A DNA stretch of 64,000 nt. Origin: Nitrospirota bacterium. GTDB lineage: Bacteria > Nitrospirota > UBA9217. The translations under genes and the position numbers were made by a program. Shown piece after piece: positions 48,318 to 58,692 of the stretch (position 1 is the first letter of the stretch; the number at the start of each line of letters is the position of its first letter). The notes below the pieces were generated by a model. The model had not been told where the DNA came from. It did not search any database and saw nothing but the letters and a program-made list of their open reading frames with translations. The stretch covers positions 10,433-74,432 of the forward strand of contig JALNZF010000013.1 of assembly GCA_023229435.1 (NCBI GenBank), in the 5' to 3' direction.

Positions 48318-49204
48318 GGCGCTCCCTCCTCAAGACGGTCAAGTTTCTTTATTGCCGTCGTGAAGTCAGCCTCGGAAATAGTTGCCGGTGAATGGATCGC
48401 CTTGTTGCGCAAATACATCAGCTCGTAGAACAGGGCTATCTGCGCGTGACTGATGCGGCGTCCCTGTTCCATGTCCTTCAATCCGTCCGACAGGGTCGGA
48501 ACTTTCCTGCCGATCACGGCGGCGGTGAACGACCGCAGCCGGTTTTCAAGATGATAACCCATCAGAAGTGACGCGACGACCTTCTCTCCGCGCCGGTAAT
48601 ATGCCAATGCCTGATCCACCGAGACTCCGCCTTTGACAATGCTGATGTTCTCCGAGGACTCTGTTTCACCGGGGGCCAAACGCTGTATCTTTTGATAGAC
48701 CTCCAGGCATTTATCAAGCATGTTCTTTTCGAGATACGATTCGGCAAGGAGGAACAGATCACGGATATTGTCCGCAACGTCCCGCTGTTTGACGGCAAAG
48801 GCATAGGCGCTTTGAATGGCCCCGGCCTTGTCGTCCTTCTTGTCGAGCACATCGAAATGCCTGGCCCACCTCTTGCCCTTCAGCACATTGTCCTTCGTAA
48901 AGCGGAAGAGGCGCTCAGAAACCTCGCGTTTGTCGAGCTTGCCGCTGATGACGATGATGTTCAGCGTCGGATGGGTCTCGAAGAGCTCCGGCAGGATATC
49001 GATGCCCTCGTCCATCTTGTCGAACTCGATGTCGAGCGTCATGAGGTCGATGACCTGCGTCGTCAGGACCTGGAGTGCCTCCCTGACGCCGCTCGCCTCA
49101 TGAAACCGGAGATCCGGGTCCTCGTTCTTGAGCGCCCGCTGAATTTCGAGCTTCAGCAGCTCCCGGTCCTCGAAGTCATCGTCGGCGATCAGCACTTTAA
49201 ACAT
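48314..49204 (-). CDS. Response regulator: REC + TPR + HEPN/DUF4145-like domain
   Basis: VLIADDD, MTLDIEF, IIVISG; TPR-like helix pair; LENRLR...LRNKAIH. Confidence 0.8.
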   Translation of the reverse strand: MFKVLIADDDFEDRELLKLEIQRALKNEDPDLRFHEASGVREALQVLTTQVIDLMTLDIEFDKMDEGIDILPELFETHPTLNIIVISGKLDKREVSERLFRFTKDNVLKGKRWARHFDVLDKKDDKAGAIQSAYAFAVKQRDVADNIRDLFLLAESYLEKNMLDKCLEVYQKIQRLAPGETESSENISIVKGGVSVDQALAYYRRGEKVVASLLMGYHLENRLRSFTAAVIGRKVPTLSDGLKDMEQGRRISHAQIALFYELMYLRNKAIHSPATISEADFTTAIKKLDRLEEGAP

Positions 49205-50231
49205 CGGGCGTCTCCTCGACAAAGGGGAAATTGATTATGATATCCGTTCCGACTCCCGGAGCCGTATATTCCTTGCCGATCCTGATCTTCCCGGCATGGA
49301 GACCGACGACGTATTTGGCAAAATAGAGCCCCTGTCCCCAGCTCTCGCCGACGCCCCGCCCCCGGTAAAAGCAGAGATCAGCCTGCTGCTCATCCATGCC
49401 GATGCCCTCGTCCCGGAGGGATAACGTCAGGTACCGTCTGCTGCCGTCCCGGTCCATGGCGCAGGACACCTGAATGCTCGCACGGGGCTGGTCGGGTTTT
49501 TTATACTTGACGGCATTGTCGATCACATTTTCGAACACGGTCTTCAGCAGGGGCGGGGCCGCATAGATCATCGGAATGGCCATCGTCTCATGGATCGTGA
49601 TCTCGGCGAGGTCGCTGTATTGAACTGCCAGGTCGCGCAGCATGGCCTTGAGATCGATATTCTTAAAATCGACCAAACTCGCCTCGCGCTCATCGGAGAT
49701 CTTCTTGAAAATGTCGATATCAGCGAACAGCTTGTCCAGATTGTCATCGATCCGTTCTGTTGCCTCCCGGGGCAGTCCCGGAAGCAGGTCGATCCGTCGC
49801 TTGATCCGTCCGAGGTTGTTCTTGAACTCATGTCCGATCGTTGCCGAGATATAGCGAATAAATTCGTTGCGCCGGGCAATTTCCTGATTTTTCAGAACGA
49901 GCATCATGTTCTCGCGCGCCCTTCGCTGTTTTTGCTGGTAGACAACGGAGAGGTACATGATGAAAGCGGCAAAAGAAACGATCATGACCACAAGGGCGTA
50001 ATGAGCGACACCGTTGGATGCGTCAAGCTGCCCCTGCATGATGGAGAGACGTTGGTCGATGCCCGCGTCAGGAGGGATCAGGCCCTTCCACGGCATCAGC
50101 CGCAGCTCAAGACCTTCAAAGGGGGGGAAGAAACGGTTCGAGTAGACCATGCCCAGAACGAGCCAGATAAAAATCATAAGGACGGTCAGCGCCAGGGTCT
50201 GTATTCGGTGACGATTGCCGGAATCGATCAT
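49197..50231 (-). CDS. Membrane sensor histidine kinase
   Basis: Two TMs, IGHEFKN H-box, ENVIDNAVKY, DEGIG, GQGL. Confidence 0.92.
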   Translation of the reverse strand: MIDSGNRHRIQTLALTVLMIFIWLVLGMVYSNRFFPPFEGLELRLMPWKGLIPPDAGIDQRLSIMQGQLDASNGVAHYALVVMIVSFAAFIMYLSVVYQQKQRRARENMMLVLKNQEIARRNEFIRYISATIGHEFKNNLGRIKRRIDLLPGLPREATERIDDNLDKLFADIDIFKKISDEREASLVDFKNIDLKAMLRDLAVQYSDLAEITIHETMAIPMIYAAPPLLKTVFENVIDNAVKYKKPDQPRASIQVSCAMDRDGSRRYLTLSLRDEGIGMDEQQADLCFYRGRGVGESWGQGLYFAKYVVGLHAGKIRIGKEYTAPGVGTDIIINFPFVEETPDV

Positions 50232-50345
50232 AGAGGATAATTTATTACAAAATGCCGGTTATTACAACAAGAAAACGGGGATACCCTGACGCACCGGGGA
50301 GAACATAGCATGAATCGGATACAAATATTTTTTGTAACTGCTTAG

Positions 50346-50476
50346 CAGGCTGCTGAAAAAGTCGTTAGAGTGGTTCGACAAGCTCACCACGAACGGTTAA
50401 AGAATAACAATTTCAATGCCCGTTCCGTTCGCCCTGAGCTTGTCGAAGGGTAAACGGAACGTTTTTCAGCAGCCTG
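50346..50476. mobile_element. MITE with CAGGCTGCTGAAAAA TIRs and 4-bp TSD (TTAG)
   Basis: Perfect 15-bp TIRs flanked by TTAG; internal TTCGACAAGCTCA/TGAGCTTGTCGAA palindrome. Confidence 0.75.
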
Positions 50477-50623
50477 TTAGAACCTTAAAACCTGTCAGGA
50501 GAAAGGGGGGAGAAACTTGGGGAAAGGGAAAAAAGGGAGTTCTTTTATTTAAGTCGTTCATCCCCCCCCTTCGCCTCTTAATTCCCCATTTCTCCTGACA
50601 CATTCTGTCATCCTGTCAAAGGG

Positions 50624-52138
50624 TCACGGTCTTGCGAAGAACGCGGCATGGTTGGAGGTAAATATCGGGGGGTCGTTTTTCAGGATCGCCGAGACAGCGG
50701 AGTGCTTTTTAAATTCATTGTCAAGGAAATGCCGCACCGCTCTTCGGTCCCATCCGTGAAGATGCTTGAAAGCCGTATAGAGCGACAGGTCCCCCTCATA
50801 GAAGTGTTCGGTCACATGCTCCCGTGCCTCATGCCCGCAGAGCGGCATGTTAAAGATCGCAAGATTCAGGAATGTGATCGCCTCGCGGTGAGCGGCAACG
50901 AATTCGAGCGTCTTTCGCGCCTCCCTGATCGTCTCGGCCGGAGTGCCGAAGAGAAGATAGACATAAGCGGCGATCCCGGCCGCATGAAGATTTTTCAATA
51001 CCAGCGACGCTGTCGCGAGATCGATCCCCTTCCGCAACCTATCGAGAACCCCCTGGTCGCCTGATTCCAGACCGAGCTTCAGCATCCTGCATCCCGATCG
51101 TTTCAGCTGCATGCAATAATCACGGTCCGTCAGCTCGTTGCCGATCCTCGCGAAACCATACCACGGGACTCCGGGGGGCTCGTTCGCAAGCGCACGCATG
51201 AGAGCGGGACTGATCGCATTGTCCAGCAGATGGACCAGTATTGGATCCGTTTTCGCGATCAGCGTTTTGAGATCACTCATCGCCAGTTCCGTGGGGACCG
51301 GGACATAGGGAGTTTCCTCCGCTGTTTCCGGACAGAAGGAGCATTTGTTCCAATAGCATCCGCTCGACGCGCTGTAGGGCAGAATGAATCCCGGGGACAG
51401 ATACTCTTCATGAGGCAGGGAGCCATAGTCCGGCGTGACATGCGGATGACCGTTCTCTTTGACGCCGAGCAGTTCGAGCAGCGGCCCCTCTCCCGGGCCG
51501 GCGATACAATGATCGACCAAGCCGCCAAACGGGTCCTTCCACGCCGGACCTTTCATCCAGGAGGTCACCAGGCCGCCGCCGAGAACGATCTTGAGACCGG
51601 GGAACTCGCGCCTGATGAAGCCGATCATGGCGAAGGTACTGAGCGCCTGGCTTAGATAGTTCAATGAAAAACCGATTAGCGGTGGACCGGTTTCTGTAAT
51701 GATCTCCAGCAATCGGACTTTGAAATAAGGATAGAACGGATTCTGTTCCGGATGCTGGGCGGCATTGATCAGGTCATTGCTCCGCACGGGAGAAAGCTGC
51801 TGATGGTGATAATCCGCCAGGCCGAGGATCGCGTGAAACTCCCTCGCAGAGGCCTCGAGCACGCGGTTCACGTCTTTTACGGCCCTGCTGTAGTGGTCCG
51901 GAGAACGATAGGTCCGCGGGTCGCGGAGCGACGCGAGATTGGATGAACTATTTTTAACCGCCCGCCGGGTCCAGGTATCTGAGGCGGTCTGCGGCTTCCG
52001 CATGAGGGAGAGAAGGCCCTCGAGATTCGCGTCCAGGACCGAGCAGGATATTCCCTGCGCGTTAAGCGCGCCCGCGAGTTTCGCTATGCCCGCAGGAGGT
52101 TCACAGGGTTTTGCCGCCGGAGGAAAGATAAGGAGCAT
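50624..52138 (-). CDS. B12-binding-type radical SAM protein
   Basis: LIFPP N-terminus, IGFS, LGGG, GPGE, GCYWNKCSFC, LGLESG. Confidence 0.85.
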   Translation of the reverse strand: MLLIFPPAAKPCEPPAGIAKLAGALNAQGISCSVLDANLEGLLSLMRKPQTASDTWTRRAVKNSSSNLASLRDPRTYRSPDHYSRAVKDVNRVLEASAREFHAILGLADYHHQQLSPVRSNDLINAAQHPEQNPFYPYFKVRLLEIITETGPPLIGFSLNYLSQALSTFAMIGFIRREFPGLKIVLGGGLVTSWMKGPAWKDPFGGLVDHCIAGPGEGPLLELLGVKENGHPHVTPDYGSLPHEEYLSPGFILPYSASSGCYWNKCSFCPETAEETPYVPVPTELAMSDLKTLIAKTDPILVHLLDNAISPALMRALANEPPGVPWYGFARIGNELTDRDYCMQLKRSGCRMLKLGLESGDQGVLDRLRKGIDLATASLVLKNLHAAGIAAYVYLLFGTPAETIREARKTLEFVAAHREAITFLNLAIFNMPLCGHEAREHVTEHFYEGDLSLYTAFKHLHGWDRRAVRHFLDNEFKKHSAVSAILKNDPPIFTSNHAAFFARP

Positions 52139-52186
52139 GGGGTACCCCAATCAGTCGGATCTGTCTGATCCGACGGATCCGACGGA

Positions 52187-53491
52187 TTACTTCCTCTTCG
52201 ACTCGATCAATGCCTGAACAGGCTTGAGGCTGTAGGGACTTCCATGCTCTATTGCCGTGAGCACTGTGCCGCCGCCGGTGAAGAAGTAGTAGCTCGCGTT
52301 GTCCATCACCGAAAGATAGAGGCCCGGCAGGAGGTTCTTGAATTCCTGAAGGGTGTCTCCGCCTCCGTACATTTTCATGGCATCGCGGTTAAGGTCTATG
52401 GTGTTGTCGAGCGCCTGGGAACCGGAGGAAAAGTGCGGAGTGTACCCCATGACGGCATTCACGAAGATCGTCTTCGCCGTGCCGATGGCGTCGGCAACGG
52501 TCTTTTCCTCGAATGACCGGGGGTCGATGTCAAGGATGTACCCGTACGAATCGCCGGCCTTGAAATCATGCAGCGAGATGGTCCGGTACCTGCCTTCGAT
52601 CCTTCCGTCCATGGTGTCCGATTCCACGACAAAGGGAAGCTCGACGATCTTTTTCTGGAGACGGTCCTTTGCAACCAGTTCCTGCGCGAGCGCGCAGTCC
52701 TCATCCGAAACGCCCTTAATCCGCACCCGGTACTTTGCGCAGAGATAGGTATTGTAAATGACGCCGCCGAGCACGAGACGGTCCACCTTTTCATACAGGG
52801 CGGTGAGCGGCTTGATCTTGGTGTCGTATTTCGATCCCGCGACCACGGCGAGGAAGGGCCGCTCGGGACTCATGACCCCCTCAAGGTGCGTGATCTCCTG
52901 CTGAAGGAGGAAGCCGGCATAGGACGGCAGGTGCCGGGTGATGTCGAACGTGGAGGCATGGGGCTGCCACGAACCGAACGCGTCGTTCACGTAGATATCG
53001 GCCAGGCCGGCAAGCTGGAGCGCGAAACGCTCCCGGAGCTCTCCCTCGGCCTCTTCCCCGAGGAACCACCGCGAGTTCGGAAGATAGATCCCCCCGATCT
53101 TCCGCTCTTTCAGCTCCCTGACGGCAAGGTTGATGGACGTGTCGATCCCCGTAATGCCTTGCACCGGGTCCGGGGGGAATTTCGGGACATACAATTTTGT
53201 ATGGAGCTTCTGTTCAAGATACCGTACGATGGGCTCGACGGACTCCTCGGGTCTGCAGGTTATCGTTCCCGTCTTTTTGTCTTTCGGCCTGCCCACATGG
53301 GTCATCATGATGGGCCTGCCGCCGCGCTCGACAATGTGAAAGAGGGTCCCGATGGTACGGTCGATCCGATAGGGGTCGCGTATCTCTCCCCCCTTTACGA
53401 CATTGTGATCGAACCGGACAAGGACGACCTTCCCGTCGAGATCGGCATCCTGGATCAACGGCAATTCAGCGTGTAATGGTCTGCTCAGCAT
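52187..53491 (-). CDS. pgk: Phosphoglycerate kinase
   Basis: VLVRFDHNV, THVGRPK, YVNDAFG, GGGDT, TGGG. Confidence 0.9.
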   Translation of the reverse strand: MLSRPLHAELPLIQDADLDGKVVLVRFDHNVVKGGEIRDPYRIDRTIGTLFHIVERGGRPIMMTHVGRPKDKKTGTITCRPEESVEPIVRYLEQKLHTKLYVPKFPPDPVQGITGIDTSINLAVRELKERKIGGIYLPNSRWFLGEEAEGELRERFALQLAGLADIYVNDAFGSWQPHASTFDITRHLPSYAGFLLQQEITHLEGVMSPERPFLAVVAGSKYDTKIKPLTALYEKVDRLVLGGVIYNTYLCAKYRVRIKGVSDEDCALAQELVAKDRLQKKIVELPFVVESDTMDGRIEGRYRTISLHDFKAGDSYGYILDIDPRSFEEKTVADAIGTAKTIFVNAVMGYTPHFSSGSQALDNTIDLNRDAMKMYGGGDTLQEFKNLLPGLYLSVMDNASYYFFTGGGTVLTAIEHGSPYSLKPVQALIESKRK

Positions 53492-53713
53492 GGTGGACCG
53501 CCTTTATCACATTCGGGAATAAACGACAACCGTATTATAGCATATTGTGTAAAACGTTTGACGAATGAAACAACTTCAAATACGGTCTCACACGAAGACA
53601 CGGAGACACGAAGAAAGAAAAAGGCAATGCATGTTTTCTTTGTGGCTTTGTGGCTTCGTGTGAAAATAAATCCCTTTTGGTTCGGGATTAACAGGGTCAC
53701 GGCGGGCATTGCA

Positions 53714-55276
53714 TCAATGCGCCGGCGGTGGTCCGCCTGTTGTCGGCGCTTTTGACCATTTCATGATGAACACCAGGGGAATGATGCTGACGATCAGGAT
53801 GCAGATCACGAGAAACGCGTCCGTGAAGGCGAGGGTCGTTGACTGCCTGATCAGCTCCCGGTACATCAGGCCGTCGGCGCCGGCAGGCGGCAGTCCGTGT
53901 TGGCCCAGGAACCCGGTCATCTTGTCATGCGCAATGGCGTAGCCCGGATCAAAAGGCGATAGATGTTCCACCAGGCGCGTCTGGTGGAGCTGCGCCCTGC
54001 GCGAGAGAATGGTCGTGGTCATCGCGATGCCCACGCTTCCTCCCAGATTCCGCAGAAGGTTGTACATCGATGTCGCCTCGGTCATCCTCTCTTTCGGAAT
54101 ATGCGAGAGCGTCAGGGTGGTGAGCGGGATGAAGGTCATGCCCATGCCGAATCCCAGCGCCACGCGGGGCCAGACAAAGGTCCAGAAGTCCGTCGTGAGG
54201 TTGAACCGCGACATCATGTAGGTGCTGAGCGCGCAGACGGACAGGCCGAAGACGAGAAAGCGCTTCGGGTTCACCTTCCCGACGAACTTTCCGACGATGG
54301 GCATGGCGAACAGGGTGGCGATGCCTCCCGGGCCGAGCACGAGCCCGGCGTAGAACGACGTATAGCCCATCATCATCTGGAGGTAGATCGGCAGCAGCAC
54401 GATGCTGCCGAAGAGGTTCAGGAACACGAAGAACATCACCGTGGCGCCGCTCGTAAACGTCCGGTCCTTGAACAATTTCAGGTTCACGATCGGACGTTCG
54501 GAGTAGTATTCGTTGATAATGAGAAGGGTGAGCGAGACCACCGCGATCACGCCGAAAGTGATGATCAGGTTGGACGCGAACCAGTCCACGCTCTCGCCCT
54601 TATCGAGAACGAACTGGAGCGATCCGAGCCCGACGGCAAGGAACAGGAGCCCCCAGTAGTCGATCTTCATTTTCTGGCGCTGCATGTACGGCGGGTCCTT
54701 GATCACGATGACGTTCATGATGATCGAAAGAATGCCGATGGGGATGTTGATATAGAAGATCCACCGCCAGGACAGGGTATCGGTGATCCATCCGCCGAGG
54801 AGCGGACCGACGATCGGGCCCACCATGGCTCCGAGACCGAAAATGGCCATGGCCTGGCCGTGCTTTTCCCGGGGAAAGGATTCGAGGAGGATGGACTGGC
54901 TGATCGGGACGAGACCGCCTCCGCCGAGGCCCTGAAGCACGCGGAAGAAGATAAGACTGCTGAGGCTCCAGGCAGAGCCGCACATGAAGGAACTGAAGGT
55001 AAACAGGGCGATGGACGCGATCTGGTAGTTCTTCCTGCCGATGAGCTTGGCAAGCCAGCCCGCCATGGGGATCACGATGGCGTTGGAAACGAGGTAGGCG
55101 GTGATGGCCCACGTTGCCTCGTCGTAGCCGGCGGAGAGCGATCCCCTGATATGATCGAGCGACACGTTGACGATCGAGGTGTCGATGATCTCGATCAGCG
55201 TGGGAAGCATCACCGTGAACGCGATCAGTCCGCGGCTCGATGTCTTGTGCTGCAGGGTCATTGTAGTTTGACTCAT
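53714..55276 (-). CDS. DHA2-family MFS efflux permease (EmrB-like)
   Basis: IDTSIVNV, FRVLQGLGGG, WRWIFYINIPIG, many TM helices. Confidence 0.95.
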   Translation of the reverse strand: MSQTTMTLQHKTSSRGLIAFTVMLPTLIEIIDTSIVNVSLDHIRGSLSAGYDEATWAITAYLVSNAIVIPMAGWLAKLIGRKNYQIASIALFTFSSFMCGSAWSLSSLIFFRVLQGLGGGGLVPISQSILLESFPREKHGQAMAIFGLGAMVGPIVGPLLGGWITDTLSWRWIFYINIPIGILSIIMNVIVIKDPPYMQRQKMKIDYWGLLFLAVGLGSLQFVLDKGESVDWFASNLIITFGVIAVVSLTLLIINEYYSERPIVNLKLFKDRTFTSGATVMFFVFLNLFGSIVLLPIYLQMMMGYTSFYAGLVLGPGGIATLFAMPIVGKFVGKVNPKRFLVFGLSVCALSTYMMSRFNLTTDFWTFVWPRVALGFGMGMTFIPLTTLTLSHIPKERMTEATSMYNLLRNLGGSVGIAMTTTILSRRAQLHQTRLVEHLSPFDPGYAIAHDKMTGFLGQHGLPPAGADGLMYRELIRQSTTLAFTDAFLVICILIVSIIPLVFIMKWSKAPTTGGPPPAH

Positions 55277-55436
55277 TCTGATGCCTGCATTTGATGAAAG
55301 TTGATAGGAAGGAGAATGGATGATCGTTAACTTCGTTCACGATGAGGATGATAGGCTATCCTTATCTTTTTTACGTCCCTCGTCCCTCGTCCGTCGTCCT
55401 ACGTCTCTCGTCCCACGTCCCTCGTCCCTCGTCTCT

Positions 55437-56315
55437 TTATTTCGCAAGAACCGTCGGCTCCACGGACATTCCGATCCTGAGGACATGGTCCTTGTCCGCG
55501 CCCGGATCAAGCACGATCTTGATCGGGATGCGCTGGACGACCTTCACGTAGTTGCCTGTGGCGTTCTCAGCCGGGAAGAGAGAAAAGGACACCCCGGTCC
55601 CGGCCATGATACTGTCCACTTTCCCCGTGAAGACCTTGTCGGGGTAGGCATCCACCTTGAGCCTCACCTCCTGGCCGGGCCGGATGCGCCCAAGCTCGGT
55701 TTCCTTGTAGTTTGCTACAACTGTGAGGTTTTCTAGAGAAACTATGGCCATAAGTAGCTGCCCTGCTTGAATATGATTACCTGTCAGGATCGCTATCTTA
55801 GTAGCATACCCGTCCGCCGGGGCTCTCAGCACCGTATAACTAAGGTTTAATTCAGCCTGACGGAGCTGCTCTTCGGCAAGTTTCACCTGGGACACAGCTA
55901 TCTCTTGGGTCGAAACAGCTTTATCATATCGGTCGGCTGAGTTCGTCTTGCTTTCAAACAGAGCCTTGGCTCGTTTTAGCTCCCGCTCCGCTTGACGAAG
56001 AATGGCGCGCTGAAGCTCCAGGTTCGCCCGTGCCGCTTCACTTCGAGACCTATAATCCTGCGGGTCGAGATCAACGAGCAGGTCGTCCTTTTTTACCTGT
56101 TGGTTGGAGTTCACGTAAAGTGATTTGACGGTCCCGCTGATCCGCGCCGAGATGGTGTGGATGTTGCCGTCGATAAAGGCGTCGTCGGTCGAAACATGCG
56201 TCTTGCGATAGCCGCTGTACAGATACCCTGCGATCAGTCCGATGACCACGATCACTCCGACGATCATAAAGGCTTTTTTCTTTTTCTGTCCGTTGCCTGC
56301 CAGTTCTTCTGCCAT
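55437..56315 (-). CDS. HlyD/EmrA-family membrane fusion protein
   Basis: STDDAFI, ANYKETEL, FPAENATGNYVKVVQRIP. Confidence 0.93.
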   Translation of the reverse strand: MAEELAGNGQKKKKAFMIVGVIVVIGLIAGYLYSGYRKTHVSTDDAFIDGNIHTISARISGTVKSLYVNSNQQVKKDDLLVDLDPQDYRSRSEAARANLELQRAILRQAERELKRAKALFESKTNSADRYDKAVSTQEIAVSQVKLAEEQLRQAELNLSYTVLRAPADGYATKIAILTGNHIQAGQLLMAIVSLENLTVVANYKETELGRIRPGQEVRLKVDAYPDKVFTGKVDSIMAGTGVSFSLFPAENATGNYVKVVQRIPIKIVLDPGADKDHVLRIGMSVEPTVLAK

Positions 56316-56452
56316 GAAATCTCCTTGATGAAAACCGCATAGAGCATGGCGCATGGAGCATAGGGTATGGAGCGGAGAGCTACAATGCTTCACCCTCTGC
56401 GTTATGCTCTTTGCCCTATGCGCTCTGCGCTATGCCCTTTGCGCTTTGCGCC

Positions 56453-57742
56453 TCACTTTCCGTACACGACCACCAGGTCCCTGCCTGCCGCATTCAGGAG
56501 AACGGCCTCGGCCCGCTTGAATCCGTACAGCGACTTCCAGGAATTCGATTCCGCGGTTGTCAACAGCGTCACGGCATCGAGCACCTCGGTTGCCGTGCCC
56601 ACGCCTTCCTTGTACCGGAGACGCTGGAGCCTCAGGTTCTCCTCGGCCTGTTCGACCGCGGTCTTCGTGACCTCCATTTTTTTCTCCGAGCTCTGGAGGT
56701 CGAGATAGGCGCCCTTTACCTCGAGCCGGATCGTGTCAAGCAGTTTGTCCCGGGAGAGCTTGAGCGACCGCAGCTCCGCCCGTGCCATCCCGATCTTCGA
56801 ACTGCTCGCCCCGCCGGAGAAAAGATTGATGTTCACTCCAACAATGGCGGACCAGTTGTCCTGGTGGACCAGGTATTTGTTCTCAAGATATTCATACCCG
56901 CCGGAAACATAGAACGTTGGAAAATATTCCGCCTGCGTGGACTGAATGCTCTGTTCCTTCGCCGCGATAGCTGCGTCCATTTCCTTCAGCACGGCACGTG
57001 AATCCCCGGCGCCGGCCCATGCCTCGTCGAGCGTAAGGCCTGCCGCCGGGCTCGCCTTGAGTTCCTCGGGTTGTACCGCGTCGTTCAGCGGTTTCAAGAG
57101 CAGGCTGTTGATCTTCGATTCCCTGAGAGAGCGGGAGTTCTCCGCGGTCAGGAGCCGCTGTTGAGAGTCGGCGAGCGTGACGTTCACCTGGAGTACTTCG
57201 TTCTTCGTGATGACGCCCGCGCGATACCGTGCTTCCGTGTCCTTTTTGTGCGCCTCATACCGCTTCACTTCTTCCGTTGCCACGGTGAGCAGTTTCTCCG
57301 ATTCCAGGAGATCCAGGTACGCGATGATGAAGTCCAGGGCCGCCTGGTTCTTCGACCGGCCGGTCATGATCTCACGGGCCTTTAATCCGTATTGTGCGGC
57401 ATCGATCGAGGAAGAGCTCTTGCCGAAATCATACAGCAGCTGCGTGGCCCGCACCCCGTAGGCCAGGAACTGGTCCTGCGATGTGGTGACCGTTTGAGGG
57501 CCGAATTTGGCCTCGGGAGTATATCTCAGCCATGTCTCGCGGCCGTAGAGGTCAACCCAGGGGCGCCAGGGGGAACGCGCAAGCGATACGGCCCCCCGTG
57601 CGACGTCCTCATCGGACCGGGCGATCTGAACATCCCGCCCCGTCTCGGTGATGATCTTCAAGCCCTCCTCAAGGGAAAGGGCATGGGCCGTGAGCGGCAA
57701 CAGGGAGAGGAAAAGGGCAAGGACAAGTTGTGATCGTTTCAT
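56453..57742 (-). CDS. TolC-family outer-membrane efflux protein
   Basis: Signal peptide, QLLYDFG, RYKEGVGTATEVLDA. Confidence 0.92.
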   Translation of the reverse strand: MKRSQLVLALFLSLLPLTAHALSLEEGLKIITETGRDVQIARSDEDVARGAVSLARSPWRPWVDLYGRETWLRYTPEAKFGPQTVTTSQDQFLAYGVRATQLLYDFGKSSSSIDAAQYGLKAREIMTGRSKNQAALDFIIAYLDLLESEKLLTVATEEVKRYEAHKKDTEARYRAGVITKNEVLQVNVTLADSQQRLLTAENSRSLRESKINSLLLKPLNDAVQPEELKASPAAGLTLDEAWAGAGDSRAVLKEMDAAIAAKEQSIQSTQAEYFPTFYVSGGYEYLENKYLVHQDNWSAIVGVNINLFSGGASSSKIGMARAELRSLKLSRDKLLDTIRLEVKGAYLDLQSSEKKMEVTKTAVEQAEENLRLQRLRYKEGVGTATEVLDAVTLLTTAESNSWKSLYGFKRAEAVLLNAAGRDLVVVYGK

Positions 57743-57955
57743 GACGATACCTCGGGAACGGCTTTTTCCGGAATGTAAGTAAGCGCTATAGTACACGAAA
57801 AAAAATAAAAAGTGAAGAGGTCTTTCGGATCTATGGGCCGTGGATGCATCAAGCCTCCTCCTTCCTCGGGAAAATCATTTCCATCGCCAATTCCTGCTTT
57901 TCATCCTTTTTGAACTGTGCTACACTTATGGTTGACGTGACGTGAGAAAGGCACG

Positions 57956-58411
57956 GTGAACATGCTCCTTATCCTGAACATACTCCAGACAACGCTGCTG
58001 CTCATAATCGCGGCAGGCGTCGCCTACCTGATCTACCGGTCGTCCCGCGGCGTCAGGGGTTCCCGGAAGTCCCTGCATTCAAGACGGAGGGAGATCTACG
58101 ATGATCTCATGCGGATCCTGGCCACGCTCGGGAAAACCGGCGAGCTCCGGAAAGAGGAGCTCCTGGACTTCCGGTTACGCACGCTGGACGCCGCCCTTGT
58201 TTTCGACACGGAGATCGCCGAGTACATCGACGAGATCTATGCCCGGGGCGTGACGCTCATGAACACCCATGAAGTCCTGAAGGGGGAGGATCTGCACATC
58301 GGCGAGAAACGCGACGATGTCACCGTAGAGAACGCGAAGCAAACCATCTGGCTTGCCGATCAGCTCGCGATGGTTGCTAAAAAATTCAACCAGTATCCGG
58401 AAGTGAAATAG
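57956..58411 (+). CDS. Hypothetical membrane-anchored protein
   Basis: N-terminal TM, helical body, host-like codon usage. Confidence 0.65.
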   Translation: MNMLLILNILQTTLLLIIAAGVAYLIYRSSRGVRGSRKSLHSRRREIYDDLMRILATLGKTGELRKEELLDFRLRTLDAALVFDTEIAEYIDEIYARGVTLMNTHEVLKGEDLHIGEKRDDVTVENAKQTIWLADQLAMVAKKFNQYPEVK

Positions 58412-58495
58412 CGGGAACAGCTGCCTGAAGCGTTATGCGTCACGGCACTGTCGGCCCCCTCACCTGACCCGGACAAGCTTGAACCGAAAGTCGTC

Positions 58496-58626
58496 TCTCG
58501 CAGAGGACGCAGAGTTAATTCAAGACCCTTACTTATTTTTTTTAAACCGGAACATTTTTCGATTTTCTCTGCGAACTCTGCGTCTCCGCGAGAAAATTTC
58601 TTGCCGATTTAAGAAGAATTTGATCC
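58496..58626. repeat. Dispersed palindromic repeat element, copy 3
   Basis: TCTCGCAGAGGACGCAGAG...CTCTGCGAACTCTGCG...CGAGAAAATTTCTTGCC...AAGAATTTGATCC. Confidence 0.7.
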
Positions 58627-58692
58627 ATTAGTTACTCACCTTTCCCGTCAATGAAGAGGAACCTATACGCTACAGAGAATTGCATGTTAACC

